Shown here: piece by piece, positions 23,244-35,458 of the stretch | Layout of the letters: each line of letters starts with the position of its first letter | Numbering within the stretch: the stretch's first letter is position 1 | Assembly: GCA_963796035.1 (NCBI GenBank) | Contig: CAWCJU010000004.1 | Location: 535,029 to 599,028, forward strand | Length of the DNA stretch: 64,000 nt | Direction: 5' to 3' | Source: an uncultured Actinomycetota bacterium | Lineage (GTDB): Bacteria; Actinomycetota; Actinomycetes; Mycobacteriales; Mycobacteriaceae | Program-made: the position numbers and the translations under genes | Notes under the pieces: generated by a model | What the model saw: the letters and a program-made list of their open reading frames with translations, nothing else | Told to the model about the DNA's origin: nothing | Databases searched by the model: none

Positions 23244-23817
23244 TCAGCGCTTGCTGTACTGAGGCGCCTTACGGGCCTTCTTCAGGCCGTACTTCTTGCG
23301 CTCGGTGGCACGCGGGTCACGGGTGAGGAAGCCGGCCTTCTTCAGCGGGGGCCGGTCCTCGGGCTGGGCCACGATCAGCGCCCGGGCGATGCCCAGACGC
23401 AGCGCGCCGGCCTGCCCCGAGGGGCCGCCGCCGTGCAGCAGCGCGTAGATGTCGAAGCTCTCCGCCCGGTCGACGGTGACCAGCGGGGCCTTGATGAGCT
23501 GCTGGTGCACCTTGTTCGGGAAGTAGCCCTCCAGGGTGCGGCCGTTCAGGTTGAACTTGCCGGTGCCGGGCACCAGGCGCACCCGCACCACGGCCTCCTT
23601 GCGGCGGCCGACGGTCTGGATGGGCCGGTCGAAGACGAAGGACGCGGCGGGCGCCGCGGGGGCTTCCGGCGGTGTCGGAGGCCTCAGCCGGCGCCTCGGT
23701 CACCTCGGCGACGGCCACTGTTTCTCTCTGCGGTCTCTGCGACTTCTGGGGTTTCCGGGTTCTCGGGGTTTCCGGGTTCTCGGGGTTCCGTTCCACGGCC
23801 TCGGTCGTTTCGGTCAC
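23244..23817 (-). CDS. rpsI: 30S ribosomal protein S9 with acidic N-terminal extension (frameshifts in extension)
   Basis: [40 protein letters not shown]. Confidence 0.96.
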
Positions 23818-24258
23818 TGGGCCACCTGCTTGATCTCGTACGGAACGGGCTGTTGTGCGGCGTGGGGGTGCGTCGGACCGGCGTAAACGTGCAGCTTGCG
23901 CTGCGATCTGACGGGCGAGCTTGTTCTTGGGCAGCATGCCGACGATCGCGTCCTCGACGACGCGGTCGGGGTGCTTGTCCATCAGCTCGCGCATGGTGCG
24001 GCTGCTCAGACCGCCGGGATACCCCGAGTGGCGGTAAGCCAGCTTCTTGTCCAGCTTCTGGCCGCTGAAGGCGACCTTGTCGGCGTTGATGACGATGACG
24101 AAGTCACCGCCGTCGACATTGGGGGTGAACGTCGGCTTGTGCTTGCCGCGCAGCAGGGTGGCTGCTGCGACGGCAAGGCGGCCAAGCACCACGTCCGTGG
24201 CGTCGATGACGTGCCACGACCTCGTGGTGTCACCCGCCTTTGGCGTGTACGTAGGCAC
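23814..24258 (-). CDS. rplM: 50S ribosomal protein L13 (one extra base near 23900)
   Basis: [50 protein letters not shown]. Confidence 0.97.
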
Positions 24259-24421
24259 AGCGCTTACCTTCTTCTTCTCGAGGTGGATCCCGGTGTGACC
24301 CGGGGGCCGGTCAGGCGTTCGCGGTGAGGGCTTGGTCTCGGCGACCGACATTGACCCGAGGCCCCGGCGTACCGCACGCCAACGGAGCAGCTTACCGACC
24401 GCCATCCCCGCAGGTCAAAAT

Positions 24422-24466
24422 GACTGTGTGGTCCCGGCGGCTCTCCCCCGCCAGGACCACACAGTC
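24422..24466 (-). terminator. Strong stem-loop between esxT and rplM
   Basis: GACTGTGTGGTCC/GGACCACACAGTC perfect 13-bp arms plus an inner GGCGG/CCGCC pairing. Confidence 0.7.
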
Positions 24467-24506
24467 TCACGGCGCGGCTAGGACCGCGCAGTGGTCTGTT
24501 CGGCCG

Positions 24507-24803
24507 CTACCGCGCCCAGACGCCGGCCGCCCGGCGGTCGGCATCGGCCACCTCTTCCGCGCCGTCGCGCACGGCATTTCCCAGGTCGGCCAGTATCTCG
24601 TTGAGCGCGGTCGCCGACTGGTGCCATTTCAGCTGCTCAGCCTGGTAGGCGGCGGCCGCTTCACTGGTCCAGAGCTGCCGCAGCGGTGCGATTTGCGACC
24701 TCAGCTCGTCCAGCGCGGCATTGAAGCGGGCCGACGTGGAGTGAATTTCCTGGCGCACCGAGTGTTCGATTTCGCCGAAGTTATAGGAAAGCACCGGGTC
24801 CAC
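24507..24803 (-). CDS. esxT: ESX-4 WXG100 protein EsxT
   Basis: [20 protein letters not shown], 98 aa, downstream of esxU. Confidence 0.93.
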   Translation of the reverse strand: MDPVLSYNFGEIEHSVRQEIHSTSARFNAALDELRSQIAPLRQLWTSEAAAAYQAEQLKWHQSATALNEILADLGNAVRDGAEEVADADRRAAGVWAR

Positions 24804-24818
24804 GGGAATCCTCTCTCG

Positions 24819-25137
24819 TCACAGGTTCCCGCCGGCGGCGGCTATGTGGTGTGCATGGTTTCTGGCCGGCCTCCTGCAGGGTGGCCGCGTTGTGCCGAAT
24901 GGTGTCGGCGATGGTGTTCAGGGCGTGATAGAGCCTCAGCGACTCCGCGTTCCAGCGATCCATCACGTCTTTGAAGCGCGCGGCCGCGGGCCCACCCCAC
25001 GCCGACGGCGGCACACCGCTCATGCGGCCGACGAACGCCTGCAGCATCGCCCTGATTTCCTCGTTGCGGGCGTCGGTGGTGCCCGCCACCGACCGCATCA
25101 GGTCGAGATCGGTGCTGAGTGTGTTCGATGCAGCCAT
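24819..25137 (-). CDS. esxU: ESX-4 WXG100 protein EsxU (frameshift near 3' end)
   Basis: [30 protein letters not shown]...SAWGG (WXG). Confidence 0.92.
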
Positions 25138-25145
25138 ACCAATTA

Positions 25146-25172
25146 CGACCCCCGCGGCGGTCCTTCGGTTCC
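25146..25172 (-). promoter_or_regulatory. SigM-type ECF promoter for esxUT
   Basis: Minus strand GGAAC-N17-GGTCG, 8 nt before ATG 25137; same geometry as the site at 21712. Confidence 0.7.
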
Positions 25173-25180
25173 ACAAATTT

Positions 25181-26424
25181 TCATCCGATCGCGTGGGCGG
25201 ATCGCACCGCCTGATCGCAGGCGTCGCGGACCGCGTCTTCACCGCCGCCCCGGCTCTGGCAACCGATGCTGATCCGGACCGGGCCGTCCAGCAGCACCGT
25301 CCAGCGCACGTGATGGCCCGGCGCGCACTTCGCGGTACGTCACCGCCGGTCGGCCCGCGCTGGTTCCGGATGGGTTGAAGTCGACGAACACCCCGGGCGG
25401 CTCGGCGTCGATCGCGCGCTTCAACCGCTCGGCGGTGCCACTCAGGGTCTCGTCGGCGACCGGCGACTGGGTGACGTGCAGGGCCACTTCGGGATCTGCC
25501 GGCGACGTGACCTGTACCCGGGCCGAGCCTGGTCCGCTGATCACCCGTTGCGCTCGACCAAGTCGCCGGCACCGACAGCGCCACCCGGCCTTCCACCAGA
25601 AATGTCGTCGGCCACGGTATTTTCCTGCTTCGGCGCCACCACACCGGGGCGGCCCATGGTCACTGCGGTCGGCGCCGCCGCGGCCGACCACGATGGCGGC
25701 CGCCGCGAGCCCGCTCAGCGTCCGTCCGCGCGATCGGGCGACACCGGCCGGTGCGGCTCTCGACGGCACGGGGCGGTGGCGACGTAGGCCGACCGCGCGA
25801 GGCGAGTCAGCCGAAAGTCGTTGATTTCGAGGATGTCTGGGACACCCTGTTCGCCTGTCGCGCACCGCGTCGGCAATCAGCGCCGCCAGCGCCGACGCGC
25901 CGGCGACGCCGCTCGGGGCGTCGATCACCACGGCTTCGGGCGCCATCGCGTCGACGATGCTCGCAATTTTGTGGGCGACGGACTGCGGTTCGGCGTTGCG
26001 CGGTACAGCGGTCGACCTCGCCTGCGCTGATCGCCACCAGCCGCTCGGCGATTTCGACCACGACCGTCGCATCCGGCGCGGCACGGGAGGCCTGCACCAG
26101 CAGCGACGATCGCGTCCGCGTCTGGGCCGGCACGGCCGCAGCGGCCCGGCTCACCACACCCACGCGCGACGCCGACCACCACGACGGATGCACGACGATC
26201 AGTCCGCCGCAGTGGCCGAGCGGTTGCCGATCGCAACGCGGCTCCCCACAGTGCGTCGACGGCCACCGGCCGCTCCCCGACCAGCGCCACCTGGTCGTCC
26301 ATCGCATCCAGCGCCGCCCGGACGATGTCGGCCATCTCGGTCGTCGGCCGAACCGCTTGTCGCGCAACATAACCGTCGGATCGCGCCGGGCCCGGCTTCG
26401 ACGATTGCGGGGTGCTCAGCTCAC
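25181..26424 (-). CDS. Type VII secretion-associated protein (Rv3446c family; heavily frameshifted)
   Basis: [70 protein letters not shown]. Confidence 0.88.
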
Positions 26425-29400
26425 GGTGGGCTCCAGGCAACCTGGACAAGTTCTTCGTCACCGGCCCGAGTGGCCAGGACGCCGCGGCCCGGCGGCAATC
26501 GCATCGGCGCAGTGCGACCGAAGGATCCGCCCTCCGCTGGACACCCGCTCATCATCAGCGACGCGCAACCGAGGTCGCGCAGACGCGCCAGCAGCGGCTC
26601 GAACATGCGCACGCTCGATTCCGCCGCAGCGGCGAGCGATGACCAGGTGCAATCCCAGATCTGCTGCATACGGTAAGAATTCGACGATCGGCCGCCAGCG
26701 CATTGCCTGCCGGGCCGGCGACAAGGTCGTAGTCATCGACGATGACATAGAGGTCCGGTCCGGACCACCAGGACCCACCGCGCAACTGGGCCTGGCTGGC
26801 GTCGGGTGGGGGCATCCGCGCCTGCAGAGACTCGAGCAGGTCGGGCAGCAACACACCCAGTGCGGCGGGCGACATGGCGTAACCGCCGAGATGTTCGGAT
26901 TCGACGACACCGAGCAGCGCGCGCCGAAAGTCGACGATCAGCAGCTGGGCTTGTGCGGGCGTCTTCGTCCGGACGATCTCCCGGCACAATGTCCGCAGCG
27001 TCGCGGTCTTCCCGCACTCGTTGTCGCCGAGGATCGAGAAGATGCGACGTGCTTCTCGAAATCGATTGCGACTGGCCGCAGTTCGCGTTCCTGCAAACCG
27101 AGCAGTATCCGCGCCCCCAATTCGGGGCTCGACCGTCGCACCATGGCGTCGCGATCCACGTGCACGGGCAGCAGCGGTATCGGCGGAGCAACCGATTCAC
27201 CGGACAGGCAACCTCGGCGATGGGCAAGGCGATCACCATGTGCAGGCCCTCACGGGAAAGGCCGCGGCCCGGACACGTCGCGCGGCACATGCTGCGCCGC
27301 CTTGCGGTCGATTTCGGAGTCGGCGGGATCACCCAGCCGCAACTCGATGCGCGTGCCGATCTGATCCCTCAGCGAGGGCCGCACCTCGGCCCAGCGCGAC
27401 GCCGACAACACCACGTGCACGCCGAATGAAAGCCCTTGAGCCGCCAGCGCGGTGATCGACTCCTCCAGCGTGTCGAATTCATGGCGCACGCTCGCCCAGC
27501 CGTCGATGACGAGGAAGACGTCACCGAACGGATCGCCGGATGCATCGATGTCCGCGCACGCTGCGGTATTGGGCGATCGACGCGATGCCATGCTCGCGGA
27601 AGAGGGCTTCACGGTGACGAACGACCGACTCGCATTCGGCGACTATCCGGCCGACCAGACGCGGCTCCGCCCGGCCGGCGACCGCGCCCACATGCGGCAG
27701 GGTGTGTACCGCCGACAGCGCCCCGCCGCCGAAATCCAGGCAGTAGAACTGCACCTGGCCGGATCATGCGTGGCCGCCAAGCGCCGTAATCAGCGTGCGC
27801 AGCGCCGTCGACTTTCCCGATTGGGGTGCGCCGACGACCGCGACATTTCCCGCGGCTCCGGACATAGTCGACCATCAGCGGCGTCCGGCATTGCTCGAAG
27901 GGACGGTCGACGATGCCGATGGGTACCGTCAGGCCGCCCGTCGTGCATCCGACGTCGGCCAACAAGGTGTCCAGCGCCGGTGCCGGCCCGAGCGGGGGCA
28001 GCCAAACCTGGTGCGCGGGTGGCCCCTGCCCGGACAGCCGGTCCAGGACAGCACCCAGGACGGTTCGCGTCGGGCGGCCCGAATCGCCATGGCGGCGCGG
28101 CTGACTGGCCCCGCGGGGACCGGGTGCTGAACGCCTGCACCGAGCCGATGCCGTCGCATCGGTGACACCCGCTGGCGAGCCGGACGGCAGCGGTCCCGAC
28201 ACCAACGCGGTCTGGAAGCGAATCGGTTCGCCGCCGCTGATGCGCAGGAAGCCGGCGCCAGGCGTGCTCGGCAGTTGGTATGCGTCGAGGTTCCCAGAAC
28301 GGTTCGGGATTCGCTGGCGGACAGCGTCTTCAGGCACATCCGATACGACAGGTGGGCTTCCAGATCCGCGTAGCCGGCCTTCGTCGAGACGCTGACTGGC
28401 CAGCAGCAGATGCATGCCCAGCGACCGGCCGAGCCGGCCGATCGCGACGAACATGTCGGCGAAATCGGGATGCTGGCTGAGCAGTTCGGAGAACTCGTCG
28501 ACGACGATGAACAGCGTTGGCAGCGCCAGCAATTGCGCGCCGACTCCGGCGCGCGTCCTCGTATGCCGCGACGCTGACGCAGCCCGCCGCCCGCAGCATC
28601 TGCTGCCGACGGTTCATCTCACCGGCCAGTGCGTCGCGCATCCGGGCCACCAGCGGCGCTTCATCGGCGAGGTTGGTGATCACCGCGGCCACGTGCGGGG
28701 CCCGCGCCAAATCGAGAAACGTTGCGCCGCCCTTGAAGTCGATAAGCAGCAGGTTGAGCACTTCCGGCGAGTTCCGCGCCATCATGCCCAGACGCGACGG
28801 TGCGCAGCAGCTCCGACTTGCCCGACCCGGTGGCGCCGACGCAGAGCCCATGCGGGCCCATCCCGTTTTCGGCCGGCTCTTTGATGTCCAGCTCGAGTGG
28901 CGCGCCCCCGACCGTCGTTCCGATCGGCACGCGGAGTCGGTCGTGGTGGTCGTTGGCGGCGCCACAGTGGCGACCGGGTCGAAACGGGCGAGGTCGCCAA
29001 GTCCCGATCAGACCTGGCCAGTCCGGAGCGCCGTCCCGGTGCGAGCCTGTCGCGTCGACGCGGTACCCGGCCAGCCGACGCGCACAGATCAGCGCATCGA
29101 TGGGCGCCATCTGGTCGGGGCGCTAGCATCCTGGTGCCGGGTCGGCATGCGTCGGATCATCAGCGGCGCGCCGTCGCGGCTGGCGCCGACCCCGAGAGTG
29201 GTTGCGCCGGCGATCGGATCGGCGCCACACGGCCAGGTCGGTGATCACCACCACGTCGGGTCCGCTGCACTGCCGGCGAGCGCACTGCTGCGCCTCGGCC
29301 GGACTTCGAGTAGACCATCCGCACCGGACCCGCAACGCATCGAGGTCGGCCGGATGTTGGTTGTGCGGAAGCCATTTCAGCCAATCCCAGTGACAGCTAT

Positions 29401-30162
29401 TACGTTCGTCGACTGGCCGCAACGATCAGCACCTGGTCCGGGGCATGCAGCACGGCGAGTTGGCAGACGATCGCGCGCAGTAGTCGCACGCACCTCGTCC
29501 GAATCGCCGTCGATCGTGACGGTGTCCTCGGCCGCAGGCCGATCGTGACTGGCGCGTCGATCGTCGAGTGGGCTTGGAGGAAGCGATGCTAGTGCCGTGG
29601 CGGTGACCGGATCTGCGGAGCTCCTCGGGCGGAAGCTGCCGGGGCAACCAAACGGCGGAGCGAGCGGCTGGGTTCCGATGCCGACGCGGACGAGGCCGAA
29701 GTCGGCGTCGGTGGCTCGCCGCTCCCACATCCGCGGGCCGCCGATCAACGTCCACAGCGTGTCGGGGTCGGGATGGCGCAGCCGATCGCTGACCGGTGTT
29801 GTGCCGCAGCGATTTCGGATGACGGATCGGCTCAGCCCGCTTAGGTATTCGAGATATTGATCGCGGTCGGCATCGATACCTACCGCCTTGCCGGCGGCTG
29901 CGACCGGTCAGCCCGGTCGCCACGGTCGAAACCAGCATCATCGCTGGGAATGCCAGAAACATGGGGCTGCGGGTCGCGCCGGTCCCAGCGGTGAACGCCG
30001 CGGCCATGACGCCCATGCTCCCCAGAGAAAGCGCAACCGGCATCAGGCGTGCCAGCATGCCCGGCGACTGTCGGGGGCGGCAGGTCCGGCGGCGCGTCAA
30101 CAACGATGTCCGCGTCGCGCCGCGGCAATCTGCGGTACCGCCGGCACGAAAACCTGAGTCAT
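26421..30162 (-). CDS. eccC4: ESX-4 FtsK/SpoIIIE ATPase EccC4 (heavily frameshifted)
   Basis: [76 protein letters not shown]. Confidence 0.92.
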
Positions 30163-30218
30163 CTCGTCCCCCTCCCCCGTGCGACGACGGTAAGGAGCAC
30201 CGGGATCGGCGACAAGTC

Positions 30219-30263
30219 ACCTGTGGATAGCCGGATACAGGTCGAGCGAAACCTGGCTATGTT
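30219..30263 (+). promoter_or_regulatory. Putative eccD4 promoter: ACCTGTGGATA-N28-TATGTT
   Basis: Identical 11-mer and spacing found upstream of eccB4. Confidence 0.55.
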
Positions 30264-30291
30264 CCGTTCAATCCGACCGAAGGGTTCGCCG

Positions 30292-31693
30292 TTGCCTGCA
30301 TCCGATACCAGGACTACGACGCGTCTCAGTTCACTGGGATACCGCCGTCGTCGACGTCTCCCTGCCCGCCGGGGTGCCTGTCGCCGCCTGATTCCGTCGG
30401 TCGTCGACATCCTGCAGGGTTGACCGCCCCGACAACGAGTCGCTGCGCGTTACCACCTGTCGGTGCCCGGCGCGTCCGGTTTGGATCCGTCGATGACGCT
30501 GGCGCAGAACGGCATCCGAGACGGTGCGGTTATGGTGCTGAGCCGGAGCGCGGCACCGTTGCCCGCTCCCCGTTACTACGATGTGGCGGAGGCCGTGTCG
30601 GCCACCCTGGACGCAGCGACCGAGCCGTCGCAGCGGCGCGTCACAAGCGCGGCGGCAGTCCGGCTCACCGGGGCGGCGGCGGCGATGCTGTCTGACCGGC
30701 GATCGGAGCGGTGGCAATCATGCGAAACGCTTCAGCGTCAACGCCACCGGGGCGTTGCTCCACGGTCACTGCGTTGGCGGCATGGCCGGCTGCATCGCTC
30801 TCGGGTTGGCGGTCGTTCGCGCGCCGCGGCTATCGGGAGCCGATCGCCGGGCTCGCGCTGAGCGTGATCGCTACGGCGTTCGCCGCGGTTGCCGGCTTTG
30901 TGGCGGTGCCCGGCGCGCCGGGCGTCGCCGAATGTGTTGCTGGCCGCGACGGCGGCCGGCGTTACCGCGGTTTTGGCGATGCGCGTATCGGGTTGCGGTG
31001 TGGTCACATTGACCGCGGTGTCGTGCTGCGCCATGGTCATCGCGGTGGCGGCGCTTGGCGGGTGTGGTCAGCGCGGCGCCACTGCGCATCATCGCGGTCG
31101 GCGTCCGCGCTGGTATCCGTCGGCCTGCTTCGGCAGTGGCGGCGCGCGCATCGATCGCGCTGGCCGGGTTGTCGCCCCGACTGGACACTCCCGCGCGGAG
31201 ACTGAATCGACGCCGCGGATCGAATGCACTCCCAAGCGATCCGCGCCGACAACTGGTTGACCAGCCTGCTCGCCGGATTGTCGGTATCGGCGACCGTGGG
31301 CGCCGTCGTCACCGTGCTCGCCGGCGCACCACGCCTGTCGTGCACCGCTTTCGGCACCGCTCACCGGCGCGCTACTGCTGCTGCGCTCCCGATCCACCGA
31401 CAGAGAAGAATGCTGGTGTTTGTCGATCAGCGGAATCGCTCATTACCGCAACGACCTTCGGCGTCGCGGCCTGGCGCACGCCGGTGCCACGGACCCTGGA
31501 TCGCGGCGGCAACGGCGATGCTGGTCGCCGCGGCGATGTACCTGGGCTTCGTCGCGCCCGGCGATGCCCGCCTCGCCCGTCGCTACGCCGAAGCGTCGAG
31601 CTGCTGGAGTGGCTGGCGCTGGCCGCGATGGTTCCGTTGACCTGCTGGATATGCGGACTCTACGGTGCCGCCCGGGGATTGAATCTCACATGA
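30292..31693 (+). CDS. eccD4: ESX-4 integral membrane protein EccD4 (heavily frameshifted)
   Basis: PGLRRVSVH, LIPSVVDIL, TLAQNGIRDGAV, ELLEWLALAAMVPLTCWICGLYG; divergent from eccC4. Confidence 0.88.
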
Positions 31694-33015
31694 GAGTTAC
31701 CGCGCACGCGCCATGCGGCTGCTGGCGGTATCGGCGCTGACACTGGCGACCGCATTCGGAATACCGACGGCGCAGGCGGTTTCGCCGCCCGAAGATCGAT
31801 GACAGGTGGCTGCCCAAGCCCGCCTTGCCGGTGCCCCCGTGGCCGACCGTGCAACGCGAGGTATGCGCGACGATGACGGTCGACGCCGGACCGGGCCGCA
31901 ACCAGCCGACAGGCCTGGGCGACCTATCGGCGGTCTGGCAGCTCAGCCGCGGTGCCGGACAACGGGTCGCGGTCATCGACACCGGGATCTCGCGGCACCG
32001 TCGGCTGCCCGATGTGGTGCCGGGCGGTGACTACGTGTCCACCGGCGACGGCACGCAGGATTGCGACGCGCACGGCACGCTGGTGGCTGGAATCATCGCG
32101 GCCGCAGCCGATTCCAAGGCCGACGGCTTCAGCGGAGTGGCGCCGGAAGCCACGTCTGATCAGCATTCGTCAGTCCAGCGCGAAGTTCGCGCCCGACCAA
32201 CGACCGGTCCCAGCACCGGGGTCGGTGACGTCGACACACTGGCGAAAGCCGTTCGGACGGCTGCCGATCTCGGCGCCTCGGTGATCAACATTTCGTCGGT
32301 CGCCTGCGCACCGGTGGCGTCGGCGCTCGACGACCGCGCGCTGGGTGCGGCACTGGCCTACGCCGTCGACGTCAAGAATGCCGTCATCGTGGCCGCGGCC
32401 GGCAATACCGGCGGCGCCGGACAGTGTCCACCGCAACGTGCGGACGCAACCTGGCAGACGATCACGGTCGCCGTCAGTCCGGCCTGGTACGACGACTACG
32501 TGCTGACCGTCGGCTCGGTGAATGCCGAAGGCAGCGCCATCGGCATTCACCCTTGCCGGCCCCTGGGTGGACGTCGCCGGCGCCGGGTGAGGCGGTGACT
32601 TCACTTGGCGCCGGCACCGGTATCCGGCACGAGCTACGCCGCGCCGGTGGTCAGCGGGCTGGCCGCGCTGATCCGGGCCCGATTCCCGACATTGACCGCC
32701 CGCCAGGTGATGCAGCGCATCGAGACGACGGCGCATCATCCGCCCGCCGGCTGGGATCCGCTCGTCGGCAACGGCACCATTGATCCGCTCGCCGCGGTCA
32801 GCACCGGCACGGATCCTCCCGGCAACACGTCCCGGCCCATCCGGCGCCGGTGCCGATCACCGCCGTCGCCGCCGAGCGAACCGCACGATGCTCGAGCCCG
32901 GGACACCGCGCTGCGCGGAGCCGCGATCTGCTTGGTTGCGCTGGCCGTCGCCCTGGTCGCCGGGGCGATCAGGGGCCGCCTACGGCGGGCCCGCGACCGC
33001 ATCGCGTGCGATTGA
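31690..33015 (+). CDS. mycP4: Mycosin-4 subtilisin-like protease (frameshifted)
   Basis: Catalytic motifs VAVIDTG, DCDAHGTLVAG, SGTSYAAP; C-terminal TM helix. Confidence 0.93.
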
Positions 33016-34367
33016 TGCGTTCTGTCGGCTCAACTCCGGTCCGGCCGGCAACAGCGTGAGAAGCGGCCACGGCGCCGGGCCCGCATCGCCAAGACCAAGG
33101 TCGTGCGCGGCGTCGTCGTCGTGAATGGCGAACCGGACTCCGGTGTCGGTGATCAGGTAGCGGGTGCCGGCGTTGTCACCGGCGCGTACGTAGGCGCTCG
33201 CGCCGGGCGGCACGTACACGGCGTCCAACGCGGGGCCGGGGCCGTCGGCTTGCGCCAAGGCCACCGGCGCCCGACCGGACGGGACCGGTAGCCGGCTCTC
33301 GGCCAGGAACACGACGTCGGCCTGGCCGGATCGCGCCCCGTCCCAGCCGGCGCACAACGTGCCGACGGGCTCCGCGAGCGCCGGCGCCCGGTCAGGAAAG
33401 AGGGCAACCGGCAGCTCGGCGACGACGGGAGCGGCGCGGATCGCGTCGGGCGCGACGGTGACGGGATTGACGGTTGCCTGCGGGTTGCTGAAGCGCAGGA
33501 GGTCGGCGGCCACCTGGCCGATGCGCTGCACCCCGGCGGCCAAGACCGCGTAATACTCGTCGCCGTCGGCGCGTGTGATGCGAAGCACACTGCCGACGGA
33601 GAATCCGGGCAATCCGGCGTGTCGTGGCGCCCCGTCCGTGGATCCGTGGCGGCGCGATCGGTGGCGCTTCGGGCACGGCATTCAGCAATGCCTGCGGGAC
33701 GTGCTGCGGCGACCGGCCCTCAAGGCGCAGCGCGCGCACAACGGCGGCGTCGTCGAGGTCCACCATCGCCCGGTGGCCGTCGTAGAGCAGGTAAGCCGGC
33801 GAACCCGACGCCGGAGCCACCAGGATCGCTTGCCCGGCGGAAACGCGGTGCGCGGTTCGGCGCCTCGGCGCGGCGGCCGATGATGACCGTCGTGGTGCCA
33901 GCGCCGGTGCTAGCGCATATCGACCACCGCATATCGTCTGGCAGACAGCGGCGAGCCGACGAATTCCGGTGCGCCCGGAATGCCCAGCAGCGGGCCGCGT
34001 TTGGTCGGTCTTCAGGTCGGATTCGCTGACCGGCTGCGGGTTGGCGTCCGTCGCAGCGATGAGCCGGGCAGAGGCCAGGTTGAGCACCGGATGCCAGACG
34101 TCGCCCACCCGGACGAACAGGGCACCGGACTCCCGGCTCATCACGATCTGCGCGCGATCCAGCGCCACATGCGGTCGCAGCACGGCGAGAAGCGCGCAGC
34201 CGGCCACCGCGATGGCGGTGATCACGCACCCGAACACCAGCGATCCCGGGTGCGTGCGCGAGCCGAACCCGGCCCGCGACATTCTCGCCCAGCAACGCGC
34301 TTTCGATGCGCCGCAGCAAATACCGATAAGCGCTGACGTGCAGCCATGTGGCCGGCTGACGCGGCAC
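32980..34367 (-). CDS. eccB4: ESX-4 protein EccB4 (frameshifted)
   Basis: TWLHVSAYRYLLRRIE, HPVLNLASARLI, YLITDTGVRFAI, GPELSRQNAS. Confidence 0.92.
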
Positions 34368-34401
34368 CTGATCTCCTGACCCTGAAAATCCGTTGACGGC
34401 C

Positions 34402-34446
34402 ACGTTAGGTCGCCTTTTCGGGGCGCCAGAGCGGTTATCCACAGGT
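34402..34446 (-). promoter_or_regulatory. Putative eccB4 promoter: ACCTGTGGATA-N28-TAACGT, containing a perfect DnaA box (TTATCCACA, 34435-34443)
   Basis: Read directly; same architecture as upstream of eccD4. Confidence 0.55.
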
Positions 34447-34487
34447 CGCGGAGTTTCGGCACGTCACGATTTGGGTAAAATTGCCCG

Positions 34488-35416
34488 GTGAAAACTCACC
34501 GTGTACGTACCCGTCGGGCGGGCATCGCGCGGTCAGCAGGCCGTTTGATCGGTCTGGGTGCTGTCTGCCCTGGTTATCGCTGCTGGCCTGTTCGCCACCC
34601 CCGTCGCAGCGCCCAGGGCCTCTGCCTTCGACTGCCCGGACGTCGAGGTCATCTTCGCCCGCGGTACCAACGAGCCCGCCGGCCTGGGCCGGGTCGGCGA
34701 CGCCTTCGTGGACTCGCTGCGCCAGCAGACCGGCTTGAACATCCTGCCCTACGGGGTGAACTACGCCGCCAGCAAGCTGCAGCTGCACGGCGGCGACGGT
34801 GCCAACGACACGATCGACCGCGTCAAGAAGAGCGTGGAGAACCTGCCCGAACACCAAGATCGTGCTGGGCGGCTACTCCCAGGGCGCCTCGGTGATGGAC
34901 ATCGTGGCCGGCGTCCCGATCGGCGGCATCAGCTGGGGCAGCACGCTGCCCCAGCAGTACGCCAACAACATCGCGGCCGTCGTGACCTTCGGTGACGTGG
35001 CCGACCGCGCCGGAGGGTCGCTACCCACCAAGAGCGCGATGCTCGGCTCCAAGGCCGCCGACTATTGCAACCCCAACGACCCGATCTGCCACGCGGGTCA
35101 GGGCAACGAGTGGAGCGGGCACACCGAGGGCTACGTCCCCGTCTACACCACCCAGGCCGCGTCGTTCGTCGCGCAAAAGCTGACGGCCGCCGGCCTCGGC
35201 CAGCAGTCACCCGCGTTCGGTCCGCCGCTGGGCGCCCTCCCGCAGCAGCCCGGCTCCGGCCCGCAGCAGCCCGGCTACGGCCAGCAGTCGCCGGTGTACG
35301 GGCAGAACCCGCCCAGCTCGGGCCCGTCGATCCACGGCGGTACCGGCACGGCGCCGGCCCCCGCGCCGTCACTGCCCACGCCCGCTACGGACTCACCGCA
35401 AGCACCTCTCGTCTAA
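34488..35416 (+). CDS. Secreted cutinase-family protein (Cut3-like; frameshifted) with Pro/Gln-rich tail
   Basis: [31 protein letters not shown]. Confidence 0.9.
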
Positions 35417-35458
35417 ATCGTTACCGTCGGGTTACCAACGCCCCCTTAACATCGCTGT

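Noticed and set aside
24507-34367. ESX-4 as a pseudogenised or novel secretion system
   Set aside because: Gene content is the standard ESX-4 set, and neighbouring essential genes show the same kind of indels, pointing to sequence error
34435-34443. Replication origin suggested by a DnaA box
   Set aside because: Isolated box with no cluster and no dnaA/dnaN nearby; treated as a promoter motif instead
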